DNA from: Octopus sinensis
Lineage: Eukaryota
DNA: 64,000 nt
Assembly (NCBI RefSeq): GCF_006345805.1
Contig: NC_043014.1
Coordinates: 4,650,001-4,714,000 of the forward strand
Reading direction: 5' to 3'
A program made the position numbers and the translations under genes. Below, in pieces: positions 12,477 through 27,763 of this stretch. The notes beneath the pieces were generated by a model. The model had not been told where the DNA came from and made no database searches. It saw only the letters and a list, made by a program, of their open reading frames with translations. Every line of letters starts with the position of its first letter. Position 1 is the first letter of the stretch.

Positions 12477-13094
12477 AGCAGACATACCCGGCATTGCTGG
12501 GGATTAAAATGGCAAAGTTGGTATATAGTATATTGCAGTCATTTTGAAACAGGTGATATGGGAAAGTGCAACATTGACAACAAAACATTTGTAGAGTAAA
12601 TGCTGGGCTAATTCGACTAAGCAACATGCTATGCGTCCGTTTGGAGTGTTTCAGACCCTAACCTGTCATGCAAAATTGGAGGTGGGTTTTCTGTGATTTT
12701 TGAACACACAGAAAAGCTGTCAGTGGATATACTCTCCTTTGCAGCAGTGTGCGCTGTGTCTAACACGACCCATCATCGGAAATTTTGACACCTCACGTCG
12801 GGTTTGTTGTCATACATCACTCATAGAGCAAATTTGGAGGAACTGTGGTTGTTCATTCGCAGGTACCAGGGAACCAATGAGGTGATAGACTTGCCCTTGA
12901 ACTTTCACGTCGGCGTAAATTCATGTTTATCTATCTTCTTAGATTCACCAAACGATGTCATTTGAAATGCAGAGTTGTATTGTCTGATATTGTTCAGAAA
13001 ATCCTTTGACCGGATTGAAGCGCCTTCTAGTAAAATTCCTAAGGGGTTGAGATGGTAGTGTTGGCAATGTTAACTGTCCGAATATGTTGTCATC
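12475..13094 (-). mobile_element. Helitron remnant (RepHel N-terminal fragment plus 3' hairpin-CTAG end)
   Basis: Minus-strand translation is of the NIRQYNSAFQMTSFGES type. The 3' end reads CCCAGCAATGCCGGG-8 nt-CTAG. Confidence 0.8.
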
Positions 13095-13174
13095 TATTGC
13101 ATTGTTTTAAGTTCTAAACGATAATAAATACCCTGAAGTTCTATTTATATGATGCTATTTCTATTTTTTCACAG

Positions 13175-13226
13175 AACCGTTTCATCTCCAAGAAATCTCT
13201 CGACGATAAACCTGATGACACACCAA
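13175..13226 (+). CDS. Gene B exon 2 (NRFISKKSLDDKPDDTP, stalk)
   Basis: ttttttcacag|AAC...CCAA|gtaag, 52 nt, phase 0 to 1, which links exons 1 and 3 in frame. Identical in all four units. Confidence 0.78.
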
Positions 13227-13459
13227 GTAAGAACTAATTTTATAGATAAATTCTTTTAACCGCGTCTCCTTAACCAATGATTTATAATTTCACCAACTTT
13301 GAATTAGTTCAACATTACTATCCATATGTCCACAATAATATATACTAAGACACTTGCTTGAATTTATGTTAGACTATGTTCTACTTTACAAGAATTCCCT
13401 AAATATAATGTTATTCTAATATACTATGCCATTTATTGAGTGTATATGAGTATATATGC

Positions 13460-15480
13460 AGTGCTACGTCGAGAATTGTTTCGGTCTGGACGGTTCCACC
13501 GAGTGTGCTCTTCGCCGAGTGTCCGAGGCGGCCGGTATGTTCACTGTGAACAAATTAGAGTGCTCAGAGCGAGCCCCACCGGCTTGCATACGAAAAGCAT
13601 GGAATGCCCTCTTCATCTGAGAATCAAATTCCCGAGCTGGCACTTCACTGCGTTTATATCTACGATTCAGAAGTCTGTCCACTCTTATGTTTCCAATCAT
13701 TCGTGACTAGAGACCCAAAATAATGATGTTCCACTTTCCTACACAGTTAGTATTTGTCAATCCTGCCTTGGGGTACTCGGCAGCCAACCCATTCAGTGCA
13801 TGTTGTTGGTGACCATCAGACGAATCAGGTAGCAGCATGTCGTCTACAAATAACAGTCGACCGATCACGTAGAGATGGATTGGGATACCTCTACGACAAT
13901 GGCTGCGCATATTCAACCAGATCACAAAAAAGAATATGAGAAGGGGCACTAACAATGCACACTTCAACTAAGTGAAACCTTCACGTTGAAAACTTTCGAC
14001 TTTTACATAAATACAAACATTTGAACATCCATATAAGTTCTTTATGGCAACCAGTATTTGCCCATTAAACTCACCTTCAGGGTAAACCATCCACAACATG
14101 CCCAGGACACGTGATCGTGTGAATTTTCGTGGTTTACAGCGTATAAACCTTGGAAATTCTTCAATGTTTGCTGGAATATCTGTCTTTGAATGTCTAAATG
14201 GTCGGGTGTACTGCAACCAGGACAGTAATCTTGGGCGCGACAAATTCCCTACATATCGTTTCCTGACATCTAGAATAGACTTTTCGATAATTAGAACACA
14301 ATTTTTGATCTTTGTTTGAACAAATTTTGATTGTCACCCCATATTACCATTGCCTTGGTGTTTTTCCAGAGGTCCCATCCACCTAGCGTACATGGGTCAC
14401 TCAGAGAATACCATCTGTATTTAAAGCTTCTAAAATATCAAGCCGAACGTGCTTTTCACCTGCAGCTTTATCACTTTTAAGTGAGTTTAGTTCAAATAAG
14501 CATTCAACCGAAGAAGAACCTGACGGAAATAATAATACAATCCATTTCGATGTCCAACTTCATTCAGCGGGGTCACTCTCAATTTGGATGCAAAAGTCTC
14601 CACAATTTTGTTTCTGATCCCAGCATCCACGGCTTACCAATTTCCAGTGTTCGGCAGACTGTAGGAATTTTCAGGTTTTCAGACACAAACGTTCAGCAAA
14701 GAGTGAAAGATGACTGAAATCTATCAGAAACCTCTGTCACCAAGTATTTCTATACCAGGCACCCTTATAAATATCCCTGTCTTAAAATAATATCTTTACC
14801 ATAGAGAGGACAGTGTGTATCCTGCACAGAAGTCTGCTATGACCTGTCCATTAAGTTCACTGACGACATTCCTTCCAATCAACCCTTCTCACGGTTATCA
14901 GTGCCAAGGTGTGCACCGAAGTCTCCTTGCAGGACAAATGACTTTGCCCCAAATATATCTAAAGCTGAGGTGAATTTGCCTAGGAAGGATTTGTATTTGA
15001 CCCAGCTGTTTGCTGCATATACTTTCAACAGCCACAGTGGTCCTTCATATTCAGTCTTAGATTCAAGAGGTGAACCCTCACACCTAGTAGGTTTCACTCC
15101 ATAAAACAATCCGAAAGCTGGGGATTGAGAGTATCCTAATCCCACCTGTGCAGATATTGTTGGCACCACAGTTGCGTTGTGGAGTTTCAAGCCTATATCC
15201 AGGTGTACGCTATCGGAGAAAGGAAATTTTGTAGAGGAGACACCGATTATATCTTACAGGCAGATTATATCTAACAATTTTGACGTTTTAATTCTCAATT
15301 ATTAAAGGTTGTTCCCTTCTTCATCTGCTTTGGTTTCCTGAGACCGTCAATTTTGTGCTCCCACCCCACACACCCCAGATTATGTTGCAGGTTTCTTGAT
15401 TGTTGCACCGGTGTTGGGTGGTGTGTGCTATACATTTATCGACCGGACTCCTTTACTCGAGATCCGGATGCGATGTCTTT
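13460..15480 (-). mobile_element. Decayed RTE-clade LINE (APE endonuclease plus RT fragments)
   Basis: Frameshifted fragments LQGDFGAHLG (APE), QILVAIKNLY and LLFVDD (RT), QHALNGLAAE. Boundaries approximate. Confidence 0.8.
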
Positions 15481-15977
15481 TAACTAAATCGACAAATGAT
15501 GCGGTATGGTTGTTATTTTCATATTGTAGTTATGATGGCCTTATTTGCGCCGAGCTCCAAACTGATATTTGTAGTTGACCGATGAATATTCGCACCTGGC
15601 GAATATTTTATCATTATTCTATTGAGTTTTATCATTATTCTATTGAGAAGTATATATACTCATACCCAAGTTTACGTATCATACATACATCCGTTCATAG
15701 CGGAGACCGATACACATTCTGATATTCTGAGATTAATCTCTCAAATCTTTGACATCAACGTCACCAACAGGCTCAACAGACAAATGTCTTTTTTCTTTCT
15801 TTACAATTTATTCTTATTATTTACATCTTTCGTTCTGACTTTCATTCATTCACTCGTTCTTTCTTAAATTCTATATTTCTCTCTTCTCCATCAATTCCTT
15901 CCCATCCAACAATCTACTTTGTAAATGATCCCCCAATTCTTTCTTTTAAACTACATTATTTCATTTTAATTTCACAG

Positions 15978-16052
15978 AACTCGGTCTCGGATCATTGTAT
16001 ACCCGGTGGGGCAGAACAACTTGTCCTCCTTATTCAAAACTTGTATATGACG
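15978..16052 (+). CDS. Gene B exon 3 (KLGLGSLYTRWGRTTCPPYSKLVYDG, start of C4-like domain)
   Basis: ttcacag|AA...GACG|gttagt, 75 nt, phase 1 to 1. YxRWGRTTCP..LVYxG is the usual N-terminal motif of this domain. Confidence 0.9.
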
Positions 16053-17453
16053 GTTAGTATACTTTATATTTCTGACCTCTCATTCTCTTTTTATTTTTTT
16101 CTTGTTCTCTTTTTATACCTCTCATTCTCTCTTTTTGTTGCCTCTCTTTCTCTCGCACCCTCTCTCTCACGCACATGCACACACACTCACCCTGTGTCGG
16201 GTTGTCTGACATAAACATTCTCAAATCCTCTTATGATATGTCACGTTTGAAACGTCTATACCTGTAGACTATACAGACACTACATAAGACTGCTTACTCC
16301 TTTGTAGGTATTTGGTCAAATCAGAATATTATATGTTGTCTACTACGGACCAAGTGAAAAGGATGTTGTCTAACTACAGAATATAGATATCTCTACGTTA
16401 AATTATAGACAGGGGCTGGACTGAAAACCACCTAGGCGATCAAGATTTTCAGGCTGACCAGCTTTGGATTGTAGATATGAAATACCGAGAGTGCTAACTG
16501 GTGATCAATTGTACAGGCTACGGATGGTGGTATTGTACGTGAGTAACCAGAGTTGAAATGTGGCCACTTGACTATCTTTAACTAGAGTGCCCAATGATCG
16601 TAGGTGTGGGCTAAATTGAATAGAGTCTATTAGAATTGATGACAGTGACTGTAAATGGTTAATGGAATGAACGCATAATGTAGAATGAGGACTGGACAAG
16701 CCACATACTGTAACTGATGGAAAAAGCTAAGGACTTTATTCATTAAGTAAAATAGAGAGAGACTAAATATTAGTGAGAGAACACAACAGAGTACAGAATG
16801 CACTTCTATTCTTCTCCACCTCACCGACATCGTCCTATCGCTGAAACCTTGCTCTTTTCATGCACCACATCACCTCATTAATTATCCAGTATATCTTTGT
16901 AAGGTAATTCCGAAACTTGCGATTCAAAACTGCTGCTACAAACCTCTTCCCCAATCAACCTCACAATCCCTAAAAATGCTCTGAATCTGCTCTCTGTAAA
17001 CCCTACACGTATCCTTTTTCGGTCGCCCACTCCGCCGTCCATTCATCTTAAGCACTACGCCATCACTGAACCTCACAATTTTTCCTCCCACCTCGTTTCT
17101 GTGTATTGCATGAAAACAAGTCTGTGTGATCATAATGTCTATGTAAGCCTGATTCGTCCGAGTCTAAACGAGAGGTTTAGCCACTGACTCTCGTATGATC
17201 GACTAAACAACATTTCATCGACGGTTACCCACCACTTCTCTGCATCTCGTCGTCTCCCGTATTGTCCTACTCAAACCTCCTACAATTTCCACCACCCAAA
17301 ATATACCCATTCACACGTGAACATCTTTACCATTTCGGATAAACACGAGTGCATGCGTTATAAAATATCTTTCTTTTTCTCCATCAATATATATAATTGG
17401 ATTTGCATGAAACAAGCATACCGCATTACATCTGGAGATCCTTGATGCTTCTT

Positions 17454-17597
<144 letters not shown>

Positions 17598-17816
17598 GTA
17601 CATATGATGACAAGGCAAATGCACAGCTACGTTCTCAAGCATTCAGCAACACACAGCTTACACTTACATAAACACTAACATATATACACCACAATTCGTT
17701 CACACGCGACTAAACATGACTCCTTTTAACGGTCAATTTGTAATGAATATTTCCGTTATTTCATATATAATTTTGCTTAACATCTTTTTTACTTGATTTA
17801 TTCTTACCAATTCTAG

Positions 17817-18316
17817 GTGTGGCTGGTGGACAACTTTATAGCCATACTGGTGGCGGAAGTAATCTCTTGTGTCTACCTAACGACCCCATTTGGGCCAATT
17901 ATACGACAGGAGATACAAAAAGTGCTTACATTTATGGCAGTGAATATCAACTGGAACACTACCCAACAAATAAACTCTTTTCTTTTGCTAACGCTGAATC
18001 AATTCATGATCACAACGTTCCGTGCGCTGTCTGTTTGACACGACAACCTGCTGTTGTTATGATGTTACCAGCCAGGACAAAGTGTTACCCTGGTTGGACA
18101 GCTGAATATTCAGGATATTTGATGGCAGAACATTATGCTCATAAGGGCAGACATGAATATGTGTGTGTGGACTATGCACCAGAAGCTGATCCAGCGGGTT
18201 ACAGAAACGAAGATGGAGCTCTACTGTATTTCGTTCAGGCTGCTTGTGGTTCATTGCCATGTCCACCGTATGTCAGTGTTCGAGAATTAACCTGCATTGT
18301 GTGCAGTAAATATTGA
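17817..18316 (+). CDS. Gene B exon 4; the spliced CDS is 771 nt (256 aa)
   Basis: ttctag|GT acceptor, open frame to TGA, same motifs as gene A. Confidence 0.9.
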
Positions 18317-21300
18317 ATAGAAATTTACATTCGTTTCTATATGAAAATTTATGTCGGCGAATCATAAAATATAATATAATAAAGCAACATATACGTTTCT
18401 TGTAATTGTGTTTCGCAATATTTTATCCGACTAATATATGTCGTTAAATAAATTGCTGCTACAAGTTTTCAGAAAATATTCAAAACGAAACAACAGAGAC
18501 GTCATAGAATGTGACAAATAGTTTAAGAGAACGATGTAATCCTCAGGGAATGATTCTAGAATACATTGTATGAGGTTAAGTTTATCAAATTTAAATGTTG
18601 AAATAAAATGATGATTCGTTTAAATGTGTGTTGTATTCCGTCTTAAAATGAAAACAATCCCCAAATGAAACACCTCCGTAAAAAAATATCACCCTTTCAT
18701 GATCAATCTTCAGAAAACACGATAAAAGCTTATAACTAACATCACTAAATCATGATGGGTTAATAAAAAAAATACTCCCATACGTATCATTGTAACTACA
18801 ATCGATGCGATGAAAGCTCTGCAATCCAATCGCGGATATTACCTAATAAAGGATATTTGATATCCACTGAAGGAATACCACAAAATGTTGACTACCTAAC
18901 CACTTGTTAGGTTCCTAAAACATTGAAGTTTTCACGAAACACTTTCGACAAGGGTACAAGTACACGTCCCACGATTAACTATTTTCAACCTACATTCAAA
19001 TATTCCCACTCTTCTACAAAAATCACACACACACAGCCTCGCATCACATTACACACGCAGCCTCTCATCGTTCCCTGAAATCTGATGTGCCAAAATAAAA
19101 TATGAAACCACCAAGAAATATGAGTACACTTCAGGAACAGCATCAACCGAATCTACAGCAACACCACAAAACATCGAGTTCAACAAATTATCTCCGTCTG
19201 TAACATAAAACTATGAAACTCGCAGAAGAGGAACTTGCTTCGAGATACATGCATACAATAACTGTAACACACATAAACGACTTAGTAAGGAAAGGAAGAC
19301 GACTTATAAAATATACATTAGGTGGAATCAGTGCAACATGTTGAGTGTTTCACACTCTACCCAGCATGATTGCTCCTTGTATGTGGGAGTTTGTAGAATG
19401 GCTGCCAGATAAACGAAGGTATCCGTGGAAAGAGGGATCTGTGGGTGGCAGCACGTTTTTTGTCCGATTAATTGCGTGCCATAAGAATGCTCGATTGTGA
19501 AAAAGCTAGAGAAAAAGAATAATAATTAAGTAATATGAAAGCACGAAATGCAAATTGACAAATGAATATATGGAAACATTCAACATGGCGTTTCCAGTGA
19601 ACAGTATTAGCGCTCAGTATTAGGCATAAGCAATGTTTAGGTTCGTTAAAATGTGCTAATGGCATATTTCAAACTCTAAAAGCAAATTCAGTGCAGAAAG
19701 CGGCAAAAACATCATATCAGTCCAGTGCTGCTCCCTATCGGGTTCCAGTTCAACCGTCATCAAAAGAAAATACCGAAGAGGGGAATATCTGGACAAACTT
19801 AAAGCCATAGCTTTAACTTAAACATAGTCAACAACAACGAGTAAGTGACGCCATTAGAGCGCCAGGCTGGAGTCTGTCGTGAGTTACCTCCCTTCGGTAT
19901 TTCTCTTTCATAAATTCTTCGCTAGAGGAGTTGACTTCAACCTTGTGCCCCAACAGTAACTGCGGTCGCTCGTGAGTGCCCGCATTTCCCCCGCATATTT
20001 GTGTGCGTGTGTGTGTGTGCGTGTGTCAATGTGTGTGTGTATGTTTGTGTCTGTGTGTGTATGTTAGTGTGTGTGTGTGTGTCAGTTTGTGTGTGTGTGT
20101 GTTTGTATATGTGTGTGTGTGTGTTTGTATGTGTGTGTGTGCCAGTGTGCGTGTATGTATTTGTTGGATAACTATCCGGAGATAAAATATTCCCTATCAA
20201 CGAAATCTGCAGTATTTCATGAACAACTGATGAAATTTTTCAGAAAACTTTTCAAAAATTTTGATCAAAATTTCAAAAAAGTTTTTTTAAATTTTGATCA
20301 AAATTTCCAAAAAAGTTTTTTAAAATTTTGATCAAAATTTTCAAAAAACTTTCCATAATTTTGATGAAAATTTTCAAAAAAGTTTTTTAAAATTTTGATG
20401 AAGAGCTAGTAGAAACGTTAGCACGCCGGGCGAAATGCTTAGTGGTATTTCGTCTGCGGTTACGTTCTGTGTTCAAATTCCGCTGAGGTCGACATTGCTT
20501 TTCATCATTTCGGGGTCGATAAATTAAGTACCAGTGAAACACTCGGGTTGATATAATCGACTTAATCCGCTTGTCTGTCCTTGTTTGTCCTCTGTGTGTT
20601 TAGCCCCTTGTGGGTAGTAAAGAAATAGATAGATTTTAAAGCAATCTTACATGGACTTCCAACTGTCAAATTAACTACTGTTGGGAACCACTGATTTGGG
20701 CACTTGTAAATCCAATATTAAAATTGACTTCGATATGAATCGAATCTTCGTTATATCTCAGAGGCAATATGTCTGAAAATAAAAAGAATAAAAAAATTGA
20801 AAAAACAAAGAACGGAGAAATGACAGCAAAAAAAGAATTGTTTGGATTGGGCAGACGTCGGAGGTAAACACAGCCACCACCAGCAAAACCGTGACCGCCA
20901 CCACAACCATTACCAGCACCAGCACTACTACCACCACTACCATGACCACCACCACAACTACAACCATTGCCACCACCACCACCACTACTATCTCAAAGAA
21001 CAACACCACCACCACCAACATCAACAACAAAAGCCTTCATTGTATTGCCGAAGGTAAAAGAGAAGACATGTCAGCAATATCAAAGTCCCCCACCCCACCC
21101 CCCGACCCCAGCACCAGAGATTGAGGTTTACGAAAGATCCTGTATTAAAATCTAAGTGGAAACCCTTCTTCTTCCCGACATGTTGCTGCTATTTCAAAAT
21201 GCCTCGGCCAGACTCACGCAAACAACGCCGGGTTCCTAATTCTAGAGAGAATCGGTCGTATTTAATGTATTTCGTTGTTATTGATGTTGTTGTTGTTGTT

Positions 21301-24132
21301 GTTGTTGTTGTTAATGTTGTTGTTGTCCAGCCCTCACGAAAGCCTAATCGAACAGGTCTATGATCGAAGACATCCAGTCGTGACCAACCCATCTTTTATT
21401 CAGTAACGTTTATATAAAAATAACAGCCAAAAGTTGGCTGGTAGGCAGGTTGGCTGGTTGGTGGTGGATCGGTTGGTCATGACTGGTTTGTCGGTTGGTT
21501 GCTGGCTGGTTGGTCTGTGGGTCACCTGGTTGGCTGGTTTGTCGGTTGGTAGGGGATCGGCTGGTTGGTTGGTTTGTCGGTTGGTTGCTGGTTGGCTGGT
21601 TTGTCGGTTGGTTGCTGGCTGGCTGGTTGGTCTGTGGGTCACCTGGTTGGCTGGTTTGTCTGTTGGTGGTGGATCGGTTGGTCATGACTGGTTTGTCGGT
21701 TGGTTGCTGGCTGGCTGGTTGGTCTGTGGGTCACCTGGTTGGCTGGTTTGTCGGTTGGTGGTGGATCGGTTGGTCATGACTGGTTTGTCGGTTGGTTGCT
21801 GGCTGGCTGGTTGGTCTGTGGGTCACCTGGTTGGCTGGTTTGTCGGTTGGTAGGGGATCGGCTGGTTGGTTGGTTTGTCGGTTGGTTGCTGGTTGGCTGG
21901 TTTGTCGGTGGGTCACCTGGTTGGTTGGTTTGTTGGTTGGTCGTGGATCGATCGGTTGGTTTGTGTCATGCGCGGTAACATAGAAATAATCGGACTGAAA
22001 ACCAGATCGGGCGGTTAATCCATTGGGAGTGGAGGACTCCTAGACTTTGTTAGGGCATCCTTCTAGGAGAAGGTAACTCAGGTAACTGGGATAACTCCGA
22101 TATAAGCCTGCGGCTCAGTGGTTACCGATAATGTTGACTTGTTCTTCTTTTCGGATTATGGCTGCTGTTGCTTAGTGACTGGGATTGACACAGTGCACAG
22201 CCTTTCCTCACTATAAAAAAAATCTTCATGCACAGACATTGCAAGATAACAACATTAATTAAGCGTCGTGCAATGCCCATACTCGATAACGAGGGGGCAG
22301 CCACCGAGTATGTACTTATGAATGGATGGATGGATGGATGTAAGTATGTATGCATGTATGTATGGATGTAAGTATGTATGTATGTATATATGTATGTATG
22401 TATGTATGTGTATAGGGTCTATCGATATATACATGCTTACATTCAAACATACATGCATGTATACATGTATACATACATACTTGTATGTATAAATATATGC
22501 ATACATGTATGTATGTATGTATGTATGAAAGTATGTATGTATGTATGTACGTATGTATGTGTGTGTATGTATGTATGTTTGTATGTATGTATGTGTGTAT
22601 GTATGTGTGTATGTATGTATATATATATGTGTGTGATTGTAAGTATATATGTATGTATGGGGGTATATATGTATGTATATACGTGAGTGTGTATGTATGC
22701 ATGTATGTATGTATGTGTGTATGTATGTATGTTTGTATGTATACCTGTATGTATGTGTGCATGTATGTATGTATATATGTATGTATGTAAATATGTATGT
22801 ATAAATATATGCATACATGTATGTATGTATGTATGTATGTATGTATGTATGTATGTATGTATGTATGTATATTTGTATGTATATACGTGAGTGTGTATGT
22901 ATGCATGCATGCATGTATGTATGTATGTATGTATGTATGTATGTATATATGTAAGTATGTGTGTATGTATGTGTGTATGTATGTATGTGTGTATGTATGT
23001 ATATATGTATGTATGGGTGGGTGGGAATTGGTAGGTTTTGACTTTGATATTCACATAAAACTTTTCTAATCCGATTAACGCTTGTTGTGAAGAATCCAAT
23101 CCGAACAGCGGACTTCATTAGATTAAGTCTTGCGATTACTGTGTGGGTTGAACGAAATACTTCCCACTCTGGATATTAAAACAGTGTGTGAGTGTGTGTG
23201 TGTGTGTGTGTTTCGGTGTGTGTGTGTGTGTGTGTGTTTCGGTGTGTGTGTGTGTGTGTCAGTGTATGTGTGCGTGTGGGAGTGTGTGTGTGTGTGTCAG
23301 TGTATGTGTCAGTGTATGTGTGTGTGTAAGTGTATGTGTGTGTGTCAGTGTATGTGCGTGTGTGTGTCAGCGTGTGTGTGTGTGTGTCAGTGTGTCTGTG
23401 TCAATGTGTATGTCTGTGCGTGAGTGTGTGTGTGTGTGTAAGACAATGTATCTGTGTGTGTGTGTCAGTGTGTGTGTCAGTGTGTGTTGGTGTGTGTGGG
23501 TGTGTGTTGGGGTGTGTGTATGTCAGTATGTGTGTGTGTGTTAGTGTGTGTGCGTGTGTGTGTCTGTGTGTCAGTGTGTGTAGGTGTGTATGTTGGTGTT
23601 TGTGTCAGTGTGTGCTTGTGTGTGCGTGTCAGTGTGTGTGTGTCAGTGTCTGTGTGTGTGTCCGTCCGTGTGTGTTTGCGTGTCAGTGTGTGTGTATGCG
23701 TGTGTGTCTGTGTATTTGTTGGTTGAACGAAATACTTCCCACACTGAATATTAAAACAGTTTCCCAAGAATAAACAAATAAAATTAAATAACAACATTAG
23801 TAACTAAATATATCATAATATATCCAGAAACAGGAATCATTTCACTTTACACGTGTCTCTCATTCATCAAAATATTTTGCTAATTATTGTGTGACAATAT
23901 CAAACCATCTCTTTCCAATAATTAAACCTGTCAGACAAGTTCACACCCGCTTTTACAGTTCCACCAATCGCATTGGTTCATAAATTTACGATAAGATCTA
24001 TGCCAGAGCTGGGTTGTTGTGCGCTCAATAACTAAGTGGAATTCAGTTACAGGTCTTCAGCTTAAACCTCGCATCTCGATCTTTTGTTGAAGCCACACGA
24101 AGTATCACGTACGACCGACAACTGTCACCAGA

Positions 24133-24276
24133 ATGGATTTCGCACAACTGTCCAGGAATATTTCGCAGCGTTATTCCATTTCTTCTCTCATAGCTTTTGG
24201 GGTTCTTCTCGTTCTGACGATCGTGATTCTTCATCAAGATTCTAGAATAGGAAAAATGGAAGAGAAATCGGAAACG
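24133..24276 (+). CDS. Gene C exon 1 (signal-anchor)
   Basis: ATG to ACG|gtaagt, paralogous to 9045-9188. Confidence 0.8.
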
Positions 24277-24713
24277 GTAAGTCATGGATTTTGTGTTAAT
24301 ATATGTATGTCTTTATGTATTTATATATGCATGTATGTATGTATGCATTTACGTATGTATGTATTAATATGTGGATGTATGTACGTACGGATGGATGGAT
24401 GAATGTAAGGATGTATGCATGAATCACTTACATATGTTCCTATGGAGCACACACACACACACATAAGATCACACACGTAATCACACACGAACACACAGGC
24501 GCACACACTAAACATACATATATATACATATACGTATATTTGTATATATAATATACATATATATGTATATATAAATATACATATATATGAATATATTAGT
24601 GCGTGAACATATATAGATATATATATATACAAGCAAATATATGTGTGTGTGTATCTATCACTGTATCTCTGTCTATCTTTCTCTCTCTCTATTTATCTAT
24701 ATATATATGTATG

Positions 24714-24744
<31 letters not shown>

Positions 24745-25125
24745 TTGTTTGTATATATATATAATCTTTTAACCGTTTCAGTCATTTGACTGCGGCCATG
24801 CTAGAGCACTGCGTTTAGTAGGACAAATCGACTTCAGGAATTATTCTTTGTAAGCCTATTGCTCATTCTATCGTTATCTCTAGCCGAACCGCTATGTAAC
24901 GGGGATGTAAACACACCGACATCAGTTGAGAATCGATAGTGGTGCGACAATATCAGACACATACATAAAACATAGATACATGCACACTATGTGTGCTATA
25001 CACACACACACACACACACACACATACATCTATATATATATATATACATATCATATATACATACACACATATATAATTACGTATGTATGTTCATACATAT
25101 CTATCAATCAATCTATTTATCTACA

Positions 25126-25181
<56 letters not shown>

Positions 25182-25207
25182 CATTCTAGCTATCTATCTA
25201 TCTATCT

Positions 25208-25312
<105 letters not shown>

Positions 25313-27274
25313 CATATACACACATCCCAGTAAACACAAAGAAGGGTGGAATTGTACTCCTGTCCGATCGCTCTTCCACCAGACATAATCCTGGAGGGGG
25401 AAATAAGTGCGTATTGAAAAAAATCTAATGGTGGGGTTCCAGCATGGCCATGCCCTGTCGCTGCAACGTTTAGCCCTATTAATATTAGTGTTGAGTATTA
25501 TATCTAGATGTACACTTACACACAGGCACAGAAACAGACACATGCAAACACACACACACGCACACATTGGAATACGTACATATTTACACACATTTATCTA
25601 TTTCTCTCCATCAGGAAAGGAAGTGAGGCGAGTTTTTTTGAATCTTTTCTTTCCAACTGAAAATAAAACGTGCGAGTGCCAATGTAGATCGGTGAATTTC
25701 GTAATGTTTGACTGTAATTCACGTTGGTTTTTATATATGACAATATGTAAGAACGAATGTAAATACATACACACAGACACACGGACAAACACACGCACAA
25801 ATAAACACAAACACACACACATACGCACGCACACAGACACACGTGCTCAATTGTACACGAACAATCACACTATACAGTGTATGTCCACTCACATATATGT
25901 GTGCGTTTGTGTGTGTGTGTGCGTATAAGTAGATTCGTAAATTTGTGATATTTATGGTGTGTAAGCCTAAGTATACTTGTATACCTATATATTGATATGT
26001 ATTTATATATATATATATATATGTCTGTGTGGAGGCGCAGTGGCCCAGTGGTTAGGGCAGCGGACTCACGGTTCCGATACCCAGACTGGGTGTTGTGTGT
26101 GTTTAAATCACCACGACGCTCAGGGAGCGGGTTGTTGTGATCACTCTTTCGCTATATCTTTCTCCCTTTCTTCTTAGCCAGCAGGGTGGCGTCATTTGAA
26201 GGCTAAATCAATGCGAAGCGCATTGTGACCAGCGATATGTAGCAACAACTGATAGCCTGGTCTGTAACAGTGATCACAGAAATATATGTATCATACGCAC
26301 ACAATACACACACACATACACACGTATATACACACTCACCAGCACAGATGCCCACATATACATTTTACGATACTCATGCAGATACGCACACACTTATACA
26401 CACATGGGCACAGACACACACGCACATACACGTACTTAAGTGCACACACGCACACAAGCACACGCACGCACATTACACCCACACAACTCCAAAAAACCCC
26501 ACACACGCATGCACAAATTCACATACACACCGATACATATACATACACGCAATATATGCCTACACGCGCACACACACTTACGTATACACATATAGATACA
26601 TACACACAGACGCACGCAAAAACATGCGCACACATAAGCACGCACACACGCCCACGAATGCACACATCGAAAACTCACAACCCCACGGATACACGTACAT
26701 ACACCCATATACACTTACACACTCACATACAAACGCACACGTACATGCACACACATCTACACGCTCATACGACACGCACGCACACACACACACACACAAA
26801 TGAACTCGCACATACATCCCATACACACGGCACACAATTATACATACACGAACACAATTATAGATACATGTATACACACATACGCACGTACAAGCACACA
26901 CGCACACATACGCTAAGTAAAGCACAGTTATTCGCCACACACCCAGACTCGACGCATACACACACAAACACACATACATACACAGAAACACTACAAAAAA
27001 AACACACACACGATACATATACATACACGCACACACACACATACTTCAAACTAGCAGTACCTACTACTTGACCTGTGGTAGAGACAAAAGGAGCCACGCC
27101 CAATTCCTTCGTTGACCTTATCACTACTAGCCCTACAATACGCAAAGAATAACAGCCACAACCACACACGCATACACACACACACACAAACGTGTCATCA
27201 TTGCACACATACACACATACACACACACGGACATGCAGACCTCCGCAAACGCACATGTCGACACTTACACACAC

Positions 27275-27558
27275 ATTCCTCCTCCTCTACCACTCTCCTG
27301 TCTTTGAAAGAACTTTTCTTCACCCATTTCCTTCCCGACATTCAAAATGTGACCGCGTGTGTACCGTTGGCGAGTTTTTTCCTCTGTTTTCCCTCCTCTG
27401 GATCTTTCCTCGTCGTATGTTTCCGACCAAGAGCTCCGCTCGAAACGTTGATCGCTCCTTCTTTCCTTCTTTCTTGAGCGTCTAATAATACTATATTTGT
27501 TCCACGTCCTCACGTGGCTGTGTTCTTTGTGCTTTCTTGTTTGGATTAAATTTAAGTA
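27275..27558 (+). mobile_element. Paralogous Penelope-like repeat; HHR remnant at 27419-27449
   Basis: Helix II GAGC-TCC-GCTC intact, followed by GAAACGT. Confidence 0.5.
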
Positions 27559-27582
27559 TATATATACATGTGTATATATATA

Positions 27583-27681
<99 letters not shown>

Positions 27682-27763
27682 AAGATATAGATATAGATAT
27701 ATATATATGTAGAAATATGTGTGTGTATATGTGTATGTGTGTGTGTGTGTGTGTGTGTGTTTA

